DNA of 8,971 nt. It comes from Octopus sinensis (lineage: Eukaryota). Location of the stretch: NCBI RefSeq assembly GCF_006345805.1, contig NW_021828163.1, positions 1 to 8,971 on the forward strand, written 5' to 3'. Below are positions 1 to 7,797 of the stretch, piece after piece. Below the pieces are notes generated by a model, which made no database searches, had not been told where the DNA came from, and saw only the letters and a program-made list of their open reading frames with translations. The number at the start of each line of letters is the position of its first letter. The first letter of the stretch is position 1. Position numbers and translations under genes: made by a program.

Positions 1-214
1 ATGAGGATCGCTCAACCATATTTCATATACAGATAGCCTCAAGTTGCACGGCTGCTGCTACAAAAGCAATAAGAGTCACTGTTACATGCAATACGCGAAA
101 TCAGTAGGGAAATTGGTGTGAAAATTTGGGTTAGAAAAATGCACCAAGCAACCTTGAAGAGGACGGGATTTAACGATAGCGATTTATATTGAATTTCATA
201 AAACAATTAAAATA

Positions 215-828
215 AACACAGACTAGCAAATATTTAGTATTTAATGAACCCGACGGAGTACGAAACACAATTGAAGGAAAAGGTTATGAAGGACTATTTT
301 AGAGAAATTAATACATAAACAAAGAATTAAGTAAAAAAAAAAAAAAAGAAATATAATAATAGACATCAATACTTTAGTATATAAATGTAGGTGAATTAAT
401 AAAACTGGAATAATTTCTTTGCGTTTAGAATATACTATCATAGAGCCGACAGAGAAATACTATATTGACTATGAACACAGGGAGGTAGCGCCGTCTGCAG
501 CTAGAGAACTATGGCGAAATATCTATTGTATGACTATAAAAATATTTAGTAAAGTGCAAAAGGTAATTAATACAAACGGAAGAAAAAGAAACATTAGTCA
601 CAAAGGAGATAGCAAATGTAAAACCAAATTTGATGGAGCAGACAGTGTTTAGTAAAAGAAAAACAGAAAAATGTTAAAATCAAAATAATAATTTTAAAAT
701 AAAATAGGAGTTTTTATTATAAGATATATTTATACGAAATACCCCCATATGGCAATGGAAGTGTATAAAAACAAATGAATCATACTTCTGAAGTATATTA
801 GAACTAGAGGTTAACTGCAGAATATAAG
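215..828 (+). mobile_element. Highly decayed Penelope-like retroelement remnant (RT N-terminal piece plus GIY-YIG endonuclease pieces)
   Basis: Hand translation gives short peptides in the expected order, broken by frameshifts and stops: YLMNPTEYETQLKEKVMKDY (from 238), TLVYKCR (371-391), EKYYIDY (~452-472, YIG-like), TMAKYLL, NNNFKIK*EF and IPPYGNGS. These resemble Penelope-type motifs (IYxMxxxEYxxxL, IVYKC, YIG, LxKYIW, IKWxI, PYxNGS). Boundaries are approximate. Confidence 0.5.
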
Positions 829-911
829 TGGTACTTCGTCGGTTACGACGACGAGTGTTCCAGTTGATCCGATCAACGGAACAGCCAGCTCGGGAAATTA
901 ACAGACAAGTA

Positions 912-1262
912 TACCTATTTCTTTACTACCCACAAGGGGCTAAACACAGAGAGGACAAACAAGGACAAACAAACGGATTAAGTCGATTATATCGACCCCA
1001 GTGTGTAACTGGAACTTATTCAATAAGTACCAGTTACGCACTGGGGTCGATATAATCGACTTAATCCTTTGTCTGTCCTTGTTTGTCCTCTCTGGGTTTA
1101 GCCCCTTGTGGGTAGTAAAGAAATAGGTACTTATTTAATCGACCCCGAAAGGATGAAAGGCAAAGTCGACCTCGGCGGAATTTGAACTCAGAACGTAGCG
1201 GCGGACGAAATACCGCTGAGCATTTCGCCCGGCGTGCTAACGATTCTACCAGCTAGCCACCC
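912..1262 (-). mobile_element. SINE-A copy 1 (tRNA-derived), carrying an antisense nested copy
   Basis: It matches the copy at 2853-3082 in two pieces (912-1020 and 1126-1262). B-box gagttcaaattcc lies on the minus strand. Imperfect TSD: ttaacagacaagtatacc (898-915) and ttaacagacacgtgtacc (1264-1281). Confidence 0.9.
1022..1129 (+). mobile_element. 5'-truncated SINE-A inserted antisense inside copy 1
   Basis: This is the reverse complement of 912-1020 with about 5 differences. It is flanked by the candidate TSD ggaacttattcaat (1011-1024) / ggtacttatttaat (1126-1139). Confidence 0.8.
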
Positions 1263-1417
1263 TTTAACAGACACGTGTACCCTTAACGTAGTTTTCAGGA
1301 AAATTCAGCGTGACACAGAGTGTGACAAGGCTGGCCCTCTGAAATACAGGTACTGCTCACTTTTGCCAGCTGAGTGGACTGGAGGAATGTGAAGTAAAGT
1401 GTCTTGCTCAAGGACAC

Positions 1418-1629
1418 TGATACTCTATCGGTTATGATGATGAGGGTTCTAGTTGATCAGGTCAACGGAACAGCCTGCTCGTGAAATTAATGCACAAGTG
1501 GCTGAGTACTCCACAGACACATGTACCCTTAACGTAGTTCTCAGGGAGATTCAGAGTGACAAGGCTGGTCCTTTGAAATACGGCGACTGCCCATTTATGC
1601 AGGTGAGTGGAGTAGAGCAACGTGAAATA
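1418..1629 (-). mobile_element. SINE-B copy 2 (5'-truncated, more diverged), head-to-tail with copy 1
   Basis: It shares tcaacggaacagcc, tgtacccttaacgtagtt and gtgacaaggctgg with 829-1417. Confidence 0.75.
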
Positions 1630-1885
1630 CAGAATATAGGACTGTTGGAAAGACAGAATCGATTATGGGGTAAAAATCTGTTCCAAGGAATCTAAACTAA
1701 CAACAACCCTAGTGTACAATGCCCTTTCTTGTTTTCTCTTTTGTTGAACCATAAAAAAAAACAAATTTAATTACAGTCAGAAATTTTCCAATGTCTCGAG
1801 CAAGTTTAAGTTCATAAGTTGCATGATAACAACACCTCTCGTTCCTCAAGGACCTCTCCACTCAGGCATATCATTTGCGCTATAG

Positions 1886-2003
1886 TATTATTATTATTAT
1901 TATATTATTATTATTATTATTATTATTCTATTAGTAGTAGTAGTAGTAGTAAGTAGTAGTAGTAGTAGTAGTAGTATAGTGGCAGCAGCAGCAGCAGCAG
2001 TAG
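1886..2003. repeat. Compound microsatellite (TAT)n-(TAG)n-(CAG)n
   Basis: Directly visible. Confidence 0.95.
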
Positions 2004-2183
2004 ATATCGTTGCTTTTGTTGTTACAGTTGCCTAACTGTGTACTTAAAACGAACAAATGTGGTTAAAAAGGTTTCTACTACTTTAAGAAGGATATTTTCA
2101 CTCAAGCGGTTATTACGCTATAAACCAGTTACTGTTGCGGTAATAGTATAAGAAATGGTACAAGTTGATAATACTGCTGCTCC

Positions 2184-2214
<31 letters not shown>

Positions 2215-2215
2215 G
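2184..2215. repeat. (TTG)n microsatellite
   Basis: Directly visible. Confidence 0.95.
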
Positions 2216-2384
2216 CAGTGATGTTTATTTTTTACAGTTTTCTAATATACTTGACTATTTATTAGATTTTTATTTACATTGAAACTACTTCAGTTTTATG
2301 GCCGGTGTCAGTCATAATTGTATTGTTCTGCTTGACTTGGTTTAATTGCTCTTTATATCGTTGAAGTGTAAATATGCATATGTC

Positions 2385-2505
2385 ACATGATCACGTGATT
2401 GACCAGGTTATCGGCTGTTGTTAGACATCGCCGGTCAAAATGCACTTTGCATCGGTTTAACATTCGAACGATGCCACCCCGCCGACTAGGCAAGCAGAGA
2501 AACAT
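2385..2505. mobile_element. Probable fragment of another interspersed repeat
   Basis: A GC-richer island (gatcacgtgattgaccagg...gccaccccgccgactaggc) in AT-rich DNA. It resembles an octopus interspersed repeat as I recall it. There is only one copy in the window and it is unverified. Confidence 0.3.
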
Positions 2506-2588
2506 TCTGGCTGACCAGAAAGCTAATCCGTTTGCAACATACATTAATACGTATAAATGCTTGAATTTGTACTGCGTGTAGCAAAAAA

Positions 2589-2607
2589 TGGGTAGTAAAG
2601 AAATAGG
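2589..2607 (+). mobile_element. Extreme 3'-terminal stub of SINE-A
   Basis: tgggtagtaaagaaatagg is an exact 19-nt match to the SINE-A 3' end (compare 1109-1127). Confidence 0.65.
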
Positions 2608-2852
2608 CTGTGTAACATATGGGAGGTATACAGACGGTGCATTCCAGTATTCAGACTATTTTAGGAGAGATTTATAAGTTTCAAGAATGTACAAAACTCT
2701 AATCTCATCCAGAGTAGGATCCTGTCTTCAACGCAATTGTTGTAATGCTCCAGCTACTTCGTGAAGCCTCCATTGAAGTCCTCCAAAGCAAGGGTGTCCA
2801 GGAGAGACTCTGAAGTTTCCCTTCAGCTTGGGGAATAACCAAAAGACGTACG

Positions 2853-3082
2853 TATTTCTTTACTACCTACGAGGGGCTAAACACAGAGAGGACAAACAAG
2901 GACAGACAAACGGATTAAGTCGATTAGATCGACCCAGTGCGTAACTGGTACTTATTTAATCGACCCCAAAAGGATGAAAGGCAAAGTCGACCTCGGCGGA
3001 ATTTGAACTCAGAACGCAGCGGCGGACGAAATACCGCAAAGCATTTCGCCCGGCGTGCTAAAGTTTCTGCCAGCTCGCCGCC
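2853..3082 (-). mobile_element. SINE-A copy 2, full length (~230 bp)
   Basis: Minus strand: ggcggcgagctggcagaaactttagc (A-box-like), gagttcaaattcc (B-box), central gcctttcatcc...ggggtcgat...aagtacc, tail ending gtaaagaaata. TSD aaagacgtacg (2842-2852) / aaagatgtacg (3085-3095). Confidence 0.92.
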
Positions 3083-3289
3083 ATAAAGATGTACGGCACA
3101 GTTTCCCACTGTAGGGAAGGCAAAGGACAATTTTTGTACTGATATTTGGTTACCAAGATGCTCGTCACCGTGCACAGTTGGAACAAACTTTGCACATATT
3201 CAGATCTTCATGGAATAATTCTGTGCACAATTGCTACACCAACTCTAAGCAGTATGCTTATTGTCACGTGAAGATCTTCATTCAGAAAA

Positions 3290-3671
3290 GGCGGTGAGCT
3301 GGCAGAACGTTAGCATGCCGGGAGAAATGCGTAGCCGTATTTCGTCTGCCGCTACGTTCTGAGTTCAAATTACGCCGAGGTCGACTTTGCCTTTCATCAT
3401 TTCGGGGTCGATATAATCGACGTAATCCGTTTGTCTTTCCTTGTTTGTCCTCTCTGTGTTTAGCCCCTTGTGGATAGTAAAGAAATAGGTATTTCGTCTG
3501 CCGCTACGTTCTGAGTTCAAATTACGCCGAGGTCGACTTTGCCTTTCATCATTTCGGGGTCGATAAATTAAGTACAATTTACACACTGGGGTCGATATAA
3601 TCGACGTAATCCGTTTGTCTTTCCTTGTTTGTCCTCTCTGTGTTTAGCTCCTTGTGGGTAGTAAAGAAATA
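3290..3671 (+). mobile_element. SINE-A copy 3, partial tandem dimer
   Basis: Unit 1 spans 3290-3490. Unit 2 spans ~3489-3671 and restarts at gtatttcgtctgcc. One TSD surrounds both: atcttcattcagaaaa (3274-3289) / atctacattcagaaaa (3673-3688). Confidence 0.92.
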
Positions 3672-3716
3672 TATCTACATTCAGAAAATTATGAATTTTC
3701 TCAATCAGCTCAGATG

Positions 3717-3923
3717 TTATGACGTCCCACTCCCGCACCTCTCATTGTCCCTCAGCTCATCTCTACCGTCCTTGAATCTCTTACGCCAATGAAAAACAGA
3801 TGCTTGACTCATACAACTTAATTCATAAGAAGTCTGGTACATTTCATAACTTTCTATGGCGAGTTTATCGCAAAACTTTATTGCATAGCTAGCTTTCAAA
3901 TTGTCTTCAAGTCCTGAGTGCAT
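3717..3923 (-). pseudogene. Mariner transposase N-terminal HTH remnant
   Basis: Provided ORF. It ends at a frameshift, and homology continues in another frame. Confidence 0.85.
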
Positions 3924-4171
3924 TCTTCAAATTGGGTTAGCTGTAACAAGCAGCATTTAGTAGGACGTGTTCAAAATGCTGTCACAGCTGTGTCCTTCAA
4001 TCTGGAATTTTAAAAAAATGTTGATAGGTCAACTTAGTAGATGTATAGTAATGATATTTTAAACACTAAAATAAGAGTAATCTAGTATAGGGAGAGTTTA
4101 CGAAAAAAAAAAGACGAAGACAGGTGGTGTACAAAACAAATGTATTAGTATAACGCTCAGGAATAGAAAAA

Positions 4172-4213
4172 GTCTTTTACGTTTCGAGCCTACGCTCTTC
4201 TACAGAAAGGGAC
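4172..4213 (-). ncRNA. Minimal type I hammerhead-ribozyme-like motif (Penelope-type) with a variant core
   Basis: Minus strand: gtcccttt CTGTAGA a GAGC gtag GCTC GAAA cg TA aaagac. Stem I is cttt/aaag, stem II is a 4-bp tetraloop hairpin, and stem III is the palindromic ACGT. The core reads CUGUAGA rather than CUGANGA. Confidence 0.5.
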
Positions 4214-4217
4214 ACAG

Positions 4218-4308
4218 AAAAAAACAAGGAGAGAAACAAGGAGAGAAAAAAAGGAGAGAAAAAAAGGAGAGAAAAAAGGAGAGTAAAAAGGAGAGAAAAA
4301 AAGGAGAG
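4218..4308. repeat. Purine-rich tandem repeat, 7 x (A-rich spacer + AAGGAGAG), 12-13 bp unit
   Basis: Directly visible. Confidence 0.9.
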
Positions 4309-4677
4309 TTACAGCGAAGTCACAGTAATCTAGTAACTACTCTTTAAAATGTCTCTGAAACTTCTAGAATGCATCTCGCGTGTAAGTGATATGTTGCATG
4401 CACATACATCAATCAATGAGTGGATTTTGGAAATTGCTACAATTATTCGTAATATTGTCAAGAGCTTCTTTTTTTTTTCCTTTTTAGAAGAAATGTGCAA
4501 AGTTTCTAGGAGGTGAATACTTTGCAATTTATATATTTATGGTTTTATGTTGTTTCGTATCACAAGTGCTTTTGGAAAGTAATCTATGACACTCGAGACT
4601 CTAGCTTCACGGATTTTTTTTTTTTGCATTGAGTTCTGTTTCCCTCGTTGCTAGGATACAAGAAATGTACGTATACG

Positions 4678-4857
4678 GACACGTACACTCACATACATAT
4701 ACACACACATACACACACGCACACAAATATATAGCAAAAAAAGATAGAGATAGATAGACAGACAGACAGACAGATAAACAAACAAGCTGACAGACAGGCG
4801 GACAGACAGACAAACAGTTGGACGGACGGACGGGCAAATGGACAGACAAACAGACAG
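4678..4857. repeat. Degenerate (CA)n/(GATA)n/(GACA)n/(GACG)n microsatellite abutting the LINE 3' end
   Basis: Directly visible. Confidence 0.9.
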
Positions 4858-5689
4858 ATTTCTTTGTTTAGCCACGCAGGGCCGAACACAGAGGGGACAA
4901 TCAATGTAGAATTTTTCTCTTCGAAACCGATAAATAAGTATCGAAAGACGTTTTTTGGGCGTGTGCACAAGTAGATGACAAGGTGTCGTTTTTAACATTG
5001 TAAATTCCCAATAGAGGGAGAAAATATAACCGTGGAGAGAAAATCCTACGAAAAAGAACCACAGTAACCTCGGAAAAAGGAAAGTTATATGAAAACAAAG
5101 TGCCCTCACTCTTTTTGTTTTATAGGTTAATGCTCAAAGTGGTTCAGTCTTTCATATGAACCATTTTGCTACATTCGCCCATCTTTTATTGAACCTTTCA
5201 TTAGACAAAACTACCCTCTCTACTCTTACCTTACCTTCCTTTTCAAGTAATATTTGAAAAATCGATGAGTGTTTAGCCAGAAAGGAAAGTATTAGTCTCT
5301 AAGCCTTTCAAGCGAGTCCACCATACATATTCTTTCGCCATAGTCACCAGTACAATGAAAACTGCCTTGCCTTTCCGGTTAAAGGAAAGTGGTGGAGCAA
5401 TATTTACGATAGACTCGACTGACAATCGGATTCGTCCCAGACGCGAGAGCAGCCATTTGACATAGGTCCACAGGTCTGAAATATGTGGACATTACACGAG
5501 TGCGTGCAGAACAGTTTAGTTGTTCTGACTGCATCTCGAGCAGATCGGTTCGTTGTTGATTGAACCGTTTCTGTAGACATTTTCTCGAACAGGCAATGCT
5601 CCCCGATAGCATTGCCAGGCCAGGGATCTCTGGAAATAGTCGATATGCCCTGGCCCGAAAGTGATCCGGGAGAGGTAGGTCAGGTATTT
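4858..5689 (-). mobile_element. 5'-truncated L1/Tx1-clade non-LTR retrotransposon (ORF2 C-terminus plus 3' UTR)
   Basis: A minus frame not in the ORF track reads FQRSLAWQCYRGALPVRENVYRNGSINNEPICSRCSQNN*TVLHALV*CPHISDLWTYV...MAKEYVWWTRLKG...ERFNKRWANVAK. This is a CCHC zf-RVT zinc knuckle with the typical C-terminal W..R and F..RW motifs. A ~290-nt 3' UTR follows, ending aaagaaat. Confidence 0.85.
5152..5689 (-). pseudogene. LINE ORF2 C-terminal (zf-RVT) remnant
   Basis: It has three in-frame stops, a 1-nt deletion near 5260 and a 5-nt duplication (gtaag) near 5230. Confidence 0.8.
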
Positions 5690-5813
5690 GATTAGATCGA
5701 AACCAGTACGCGACTGGTACTTAATTTATCGACCCCGAAAGGATGAAAGGCATGATGAAAGTCGAGCTCGGCGGAATTTGAACTCAAAATGTAAAGACAG
5801 ACGAAATACCGCC
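5690..5813 (-). mobile_element. SINE-A fragment (head and central domain, no tail), fused to the 5' end of the LINE
   Basis: It matches SINE-A from ggcggt/atttcgtc through the B-box and central domain to tcgatctaatc. It carries a small internal gatgaaa duplication. Confidence 0.85.
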
Positions 5814-5821
5814 TTTATATT

Positions 5822-5877
<56 letters not shown>

Positions 5878-5901
5878 TTAATATGTATATATAGATGTGT
5901 T

Positions 5902-5944
<43 letters not shown>

Positions 5945-6114
5945 ATGTGCGTGTGTGAGTATGTATATATATATGTATATGCATATATATATGTATATAT
6001 GTATGTATATCTATGTATATATATGTATGTATATATGTCTATACATATGTTTATATATATGTCTATATATGCATATATGTATATATATATGTATCTAGAT
6101 ATATATGTAGGTAT

Positions 6115-6160
<46 letters not shown>
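5814..6160. repeat. (TA)n/(TG)n/(TATG)n microsatellite tract
   Basis: Directly visible. It produces spurious YI/CV ORFs. Confidence 0.95.
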
Positions 6161-6164
<4 letters not shown>

Positions 6165-6286
6165 TTTACATAAATAAATAACGTGAAATACACGAAGGGA
6201 CGAACAAAAAGACAAACGGTTCATTCAAAGCCTTCATTCTTCAGTCAGAAACCGATTCCTCATCGCAGATTTCGGCTGTTTAATGA

Positions 6287-6327
6287 TTAATATATATATA
6301 TTATATATATATATATATAATATATAT

Positions 6328-6360
<33 letters not shown>

Positions 6361-6372
6361 ATCTTATATATA

Positions 6373-6411
<39 letters not shown>

Positions 6412-6420
6412 TGTATGTAT
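6287..6420. repeat. (TA)n-(GA)n microsatellite
   Basis: Directly visible. Confidence 0.95.
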
Positions 6421-6601
6421 TTTTCTCTTGTTAACAATTAACACGGAAAAATAGATATTACCAGGGTAGCAAAAAATCACACAAGTAAAAAGGATGTAAC
6501 TCTTTGTTTTTAATAGTAGAAGCCCCGAGTTTACGTGAAATATATTGTATAATACATATAAATAAATAAATGGAGTTAAACGCAGGTGTTATTCAAATTC
6601 T

Positions 6602-6696
6602 TTTACTTCAGACACATGTTTAGAAGATATCACTGGTATTATTCCAAAGGAATAAAATGGTATAAAACAATGTAATCTTCTTTTCAGAGAAATGAA
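6602..6696 (-). ncRNA. Decayed type I hammerhead ribozyme relic with an extended stem II
   Basis: Minus strand: ttcatttct CTGAAAA gaagat ta cattg ... ttattcc ttt ggaataa ... cagtg at atcttc TAAA c atgt GTC tgaagtaaa. All three stems can be formed. The core has two substitutions (G8>A, G12>U). Confidence 0.55.
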
Positions 6697-6979
6697 GATA
6701 TGAAACTCGTCAATAAGACATTTAAAAAAAAAATGATGAATATGTATTGTGATTAACTGAACGCTATTATGTTTGTTTAAAAAAAAAACGTTAAACGATA
6801 TAACGTCAAAGGTAGCCTATAGAAAAAGGAAGGGTAAAGGAAAGAAAAAACCAAATAAATGAGAAGTATATAACGATATGAAAATTAAATAAAACCCTAA
6901 AGTCTTGGAAAAAGATATATTTAGTGAATGTGAAATGTAAGAAGAAAATTAATGTGTAAATTATATATAATGATAGATG

Positions 6980-7400
6980 TCACTTATATGAATTAAAGGT
7001 GTGTTTCTGCCAATGTTTAGATCGGTATGCACACTCTATAACCGTGTTTACAAGGGGGTTTTTAGAAAAAAGAAAAAATAGTTCAGAATTACAGAGAAAA
7101 CATAATTCCTTGCCTTTATCATAAGGTATCGAAATTCAGAGAATCAACTAATCTAAGTTAAATTGTTTATTGTAGTTTTTAGATACCAATTTAAATTACT
7201 AAGCCCTGTACTGTTACGTGTATTCCTATCCCTAAATGTAGAATAATGATTAGAAATTCTTTTACATATCTGAGAAAAATACTTGCACCCCACATATGCT
7301 CTCACACAATACATACATACATACATATACTGACAAAAATTATCACCAATACTTTGTTGATAATGATGATATTTACCTTTGATGCATTCATAGCACGTAT
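6980..7400 (-). pseudogene. Penelope-type GIY-YIG endonuclease remnant
   Basis: RxxNHxSxF, STxLS..W.LK and PY....CxLC..E motifs are present, with frameshifts and stops. Confidence 0.8.
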
Positions 7401-7589
7401 TATTGGTGACAGTGATTCGTATAATAGGCTCTTAAATTGTTCTATGAGAATTTCATTTACAAATCAAATACATATTCGGCTGAACTGGCTTCTCTATATA
7501 TCTCGTACATTTTTATCAACTCCTATGAAATAATAGTTGAGTATTTTCCAGTGACACTTGAAATCACAATATTTGGGAAGGTTACAGAA

Positions 7590-7797
7590 GGCGGTGAGCT
7601 GGCAGAAACGTTAGCACACCGGGCGAAATGCTTAGCAGTATTTCATCTGCCGTTACGTTCTTTGCGTTTCATCCTTTCGTGGTCAATTAAATAAGTACCA
7701 GTTACGCACTGGGGTCGATATAATCGACTTAATCCGTGTGTCTGTTATCGTTTGTCCCTTCTGTGTTTAGCCCGTTGATGGTAGTAAAGAAATAGGT
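7590..7797 (+). mobile_element. SINE-A copy with the B-box deleted
   Basis: Perfect TSD aggttacagaa (7579-7589 / 7794-7804). It lacks gagttcaaattccgccgaggtcgact at ~7661. Confidence 0.92.

Larger units (their letters stand above)
829..1417 (-). mobile_element. SINE-B copy 1 (CORE-SINE-like, 5'-truncated), interrupted by SINE-A at ~912-1262
   Basis: The minus strand starts gtgtccttgagcaagacactttacttcac, which resembles the CORE domain. Segments 829-910 and 1264-1417 are colinear with the adjacent copy at 1418-1629. Confidence 0.75.
2628..4020 (-). mobile_element. Tc1/mariner (mariner-type) DNA transposon, internally deleted and split by two SINE-A insertions
   Basis: ORF 3717-3923 is a mariner N-terminal HTH (YAIKFC...MSQASVFHWRKRFKDGRDELRDNER). 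With the SINEs removed it continues ELIEKIHNFLNEDLHVTI...VHRII/HEDLNMCKVC, then jumps to the C-terminal FWLFPKLKG...LDTLALEDFNGGF..LEHYNNCVE. Candidate TIR at ~2628-2660; the other end is poorly defined. Confidence 0.85.

Noticed and set aside
1630-1885. Possible host exon in unique-looking sequence (also 4330-4670)
   Set aside because: No convincing open frame with paired splice sites and no recognisable protein similarity.
3290-3380. tRNA gene
   Set aside because: A/B boxes are present but there is no proper cloverleaf. It is the SINE head.
828-3586. Similar peptides in several ORFs (IRSTEQPAREIN; LIYRPR...RRNLNS) suggesting a gene family
   Set aside because: These are translations of repeated non-coding SINE copies.
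3995-4050. Second mariner TIR
   Set aside because: Only weak similarity (tctggaa) to the reverse complement of 2628-2660, so it is not callable.
4218-4308. CRISPR-like array
   Set aside because: Low-complexity tandem units with no unique spacers, in a eukaryotic context.
5467-5670. Cluster of hairpins (gtccaca/tgtggac, cagaaca/tgttctg, cggttc/gaaccg, ggcaatgct/agcattgcc, gccaggg/ccctggc) suggesting a structured ncRNA
   Set aside because: The region is explained as LINE ORF2 zf-RVT coding sequence on the minus strand, and I recognise no ncRNA motif. It would deserve a second look only if covariation appeared among LINE copies.
4607-6181. ORFs 4607-4849, 4651-5109, 4689-4970, 4901-5098, 5379-5612, 5688-5894, 5895-6098 and 5897-6181
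   Set aside because: They are microsatellite read-throughs, LINE UTR or wrong-frame translations of repeats.
6185-6286. Possible half-hammerhead or Penelope terminal piece between microsatellites (minus strand cagcc-GAAA, later CTGAAGA)
   Set aside because: I could not assemble a complete fold. It is probably a repeat fragment, but this is unsupported.
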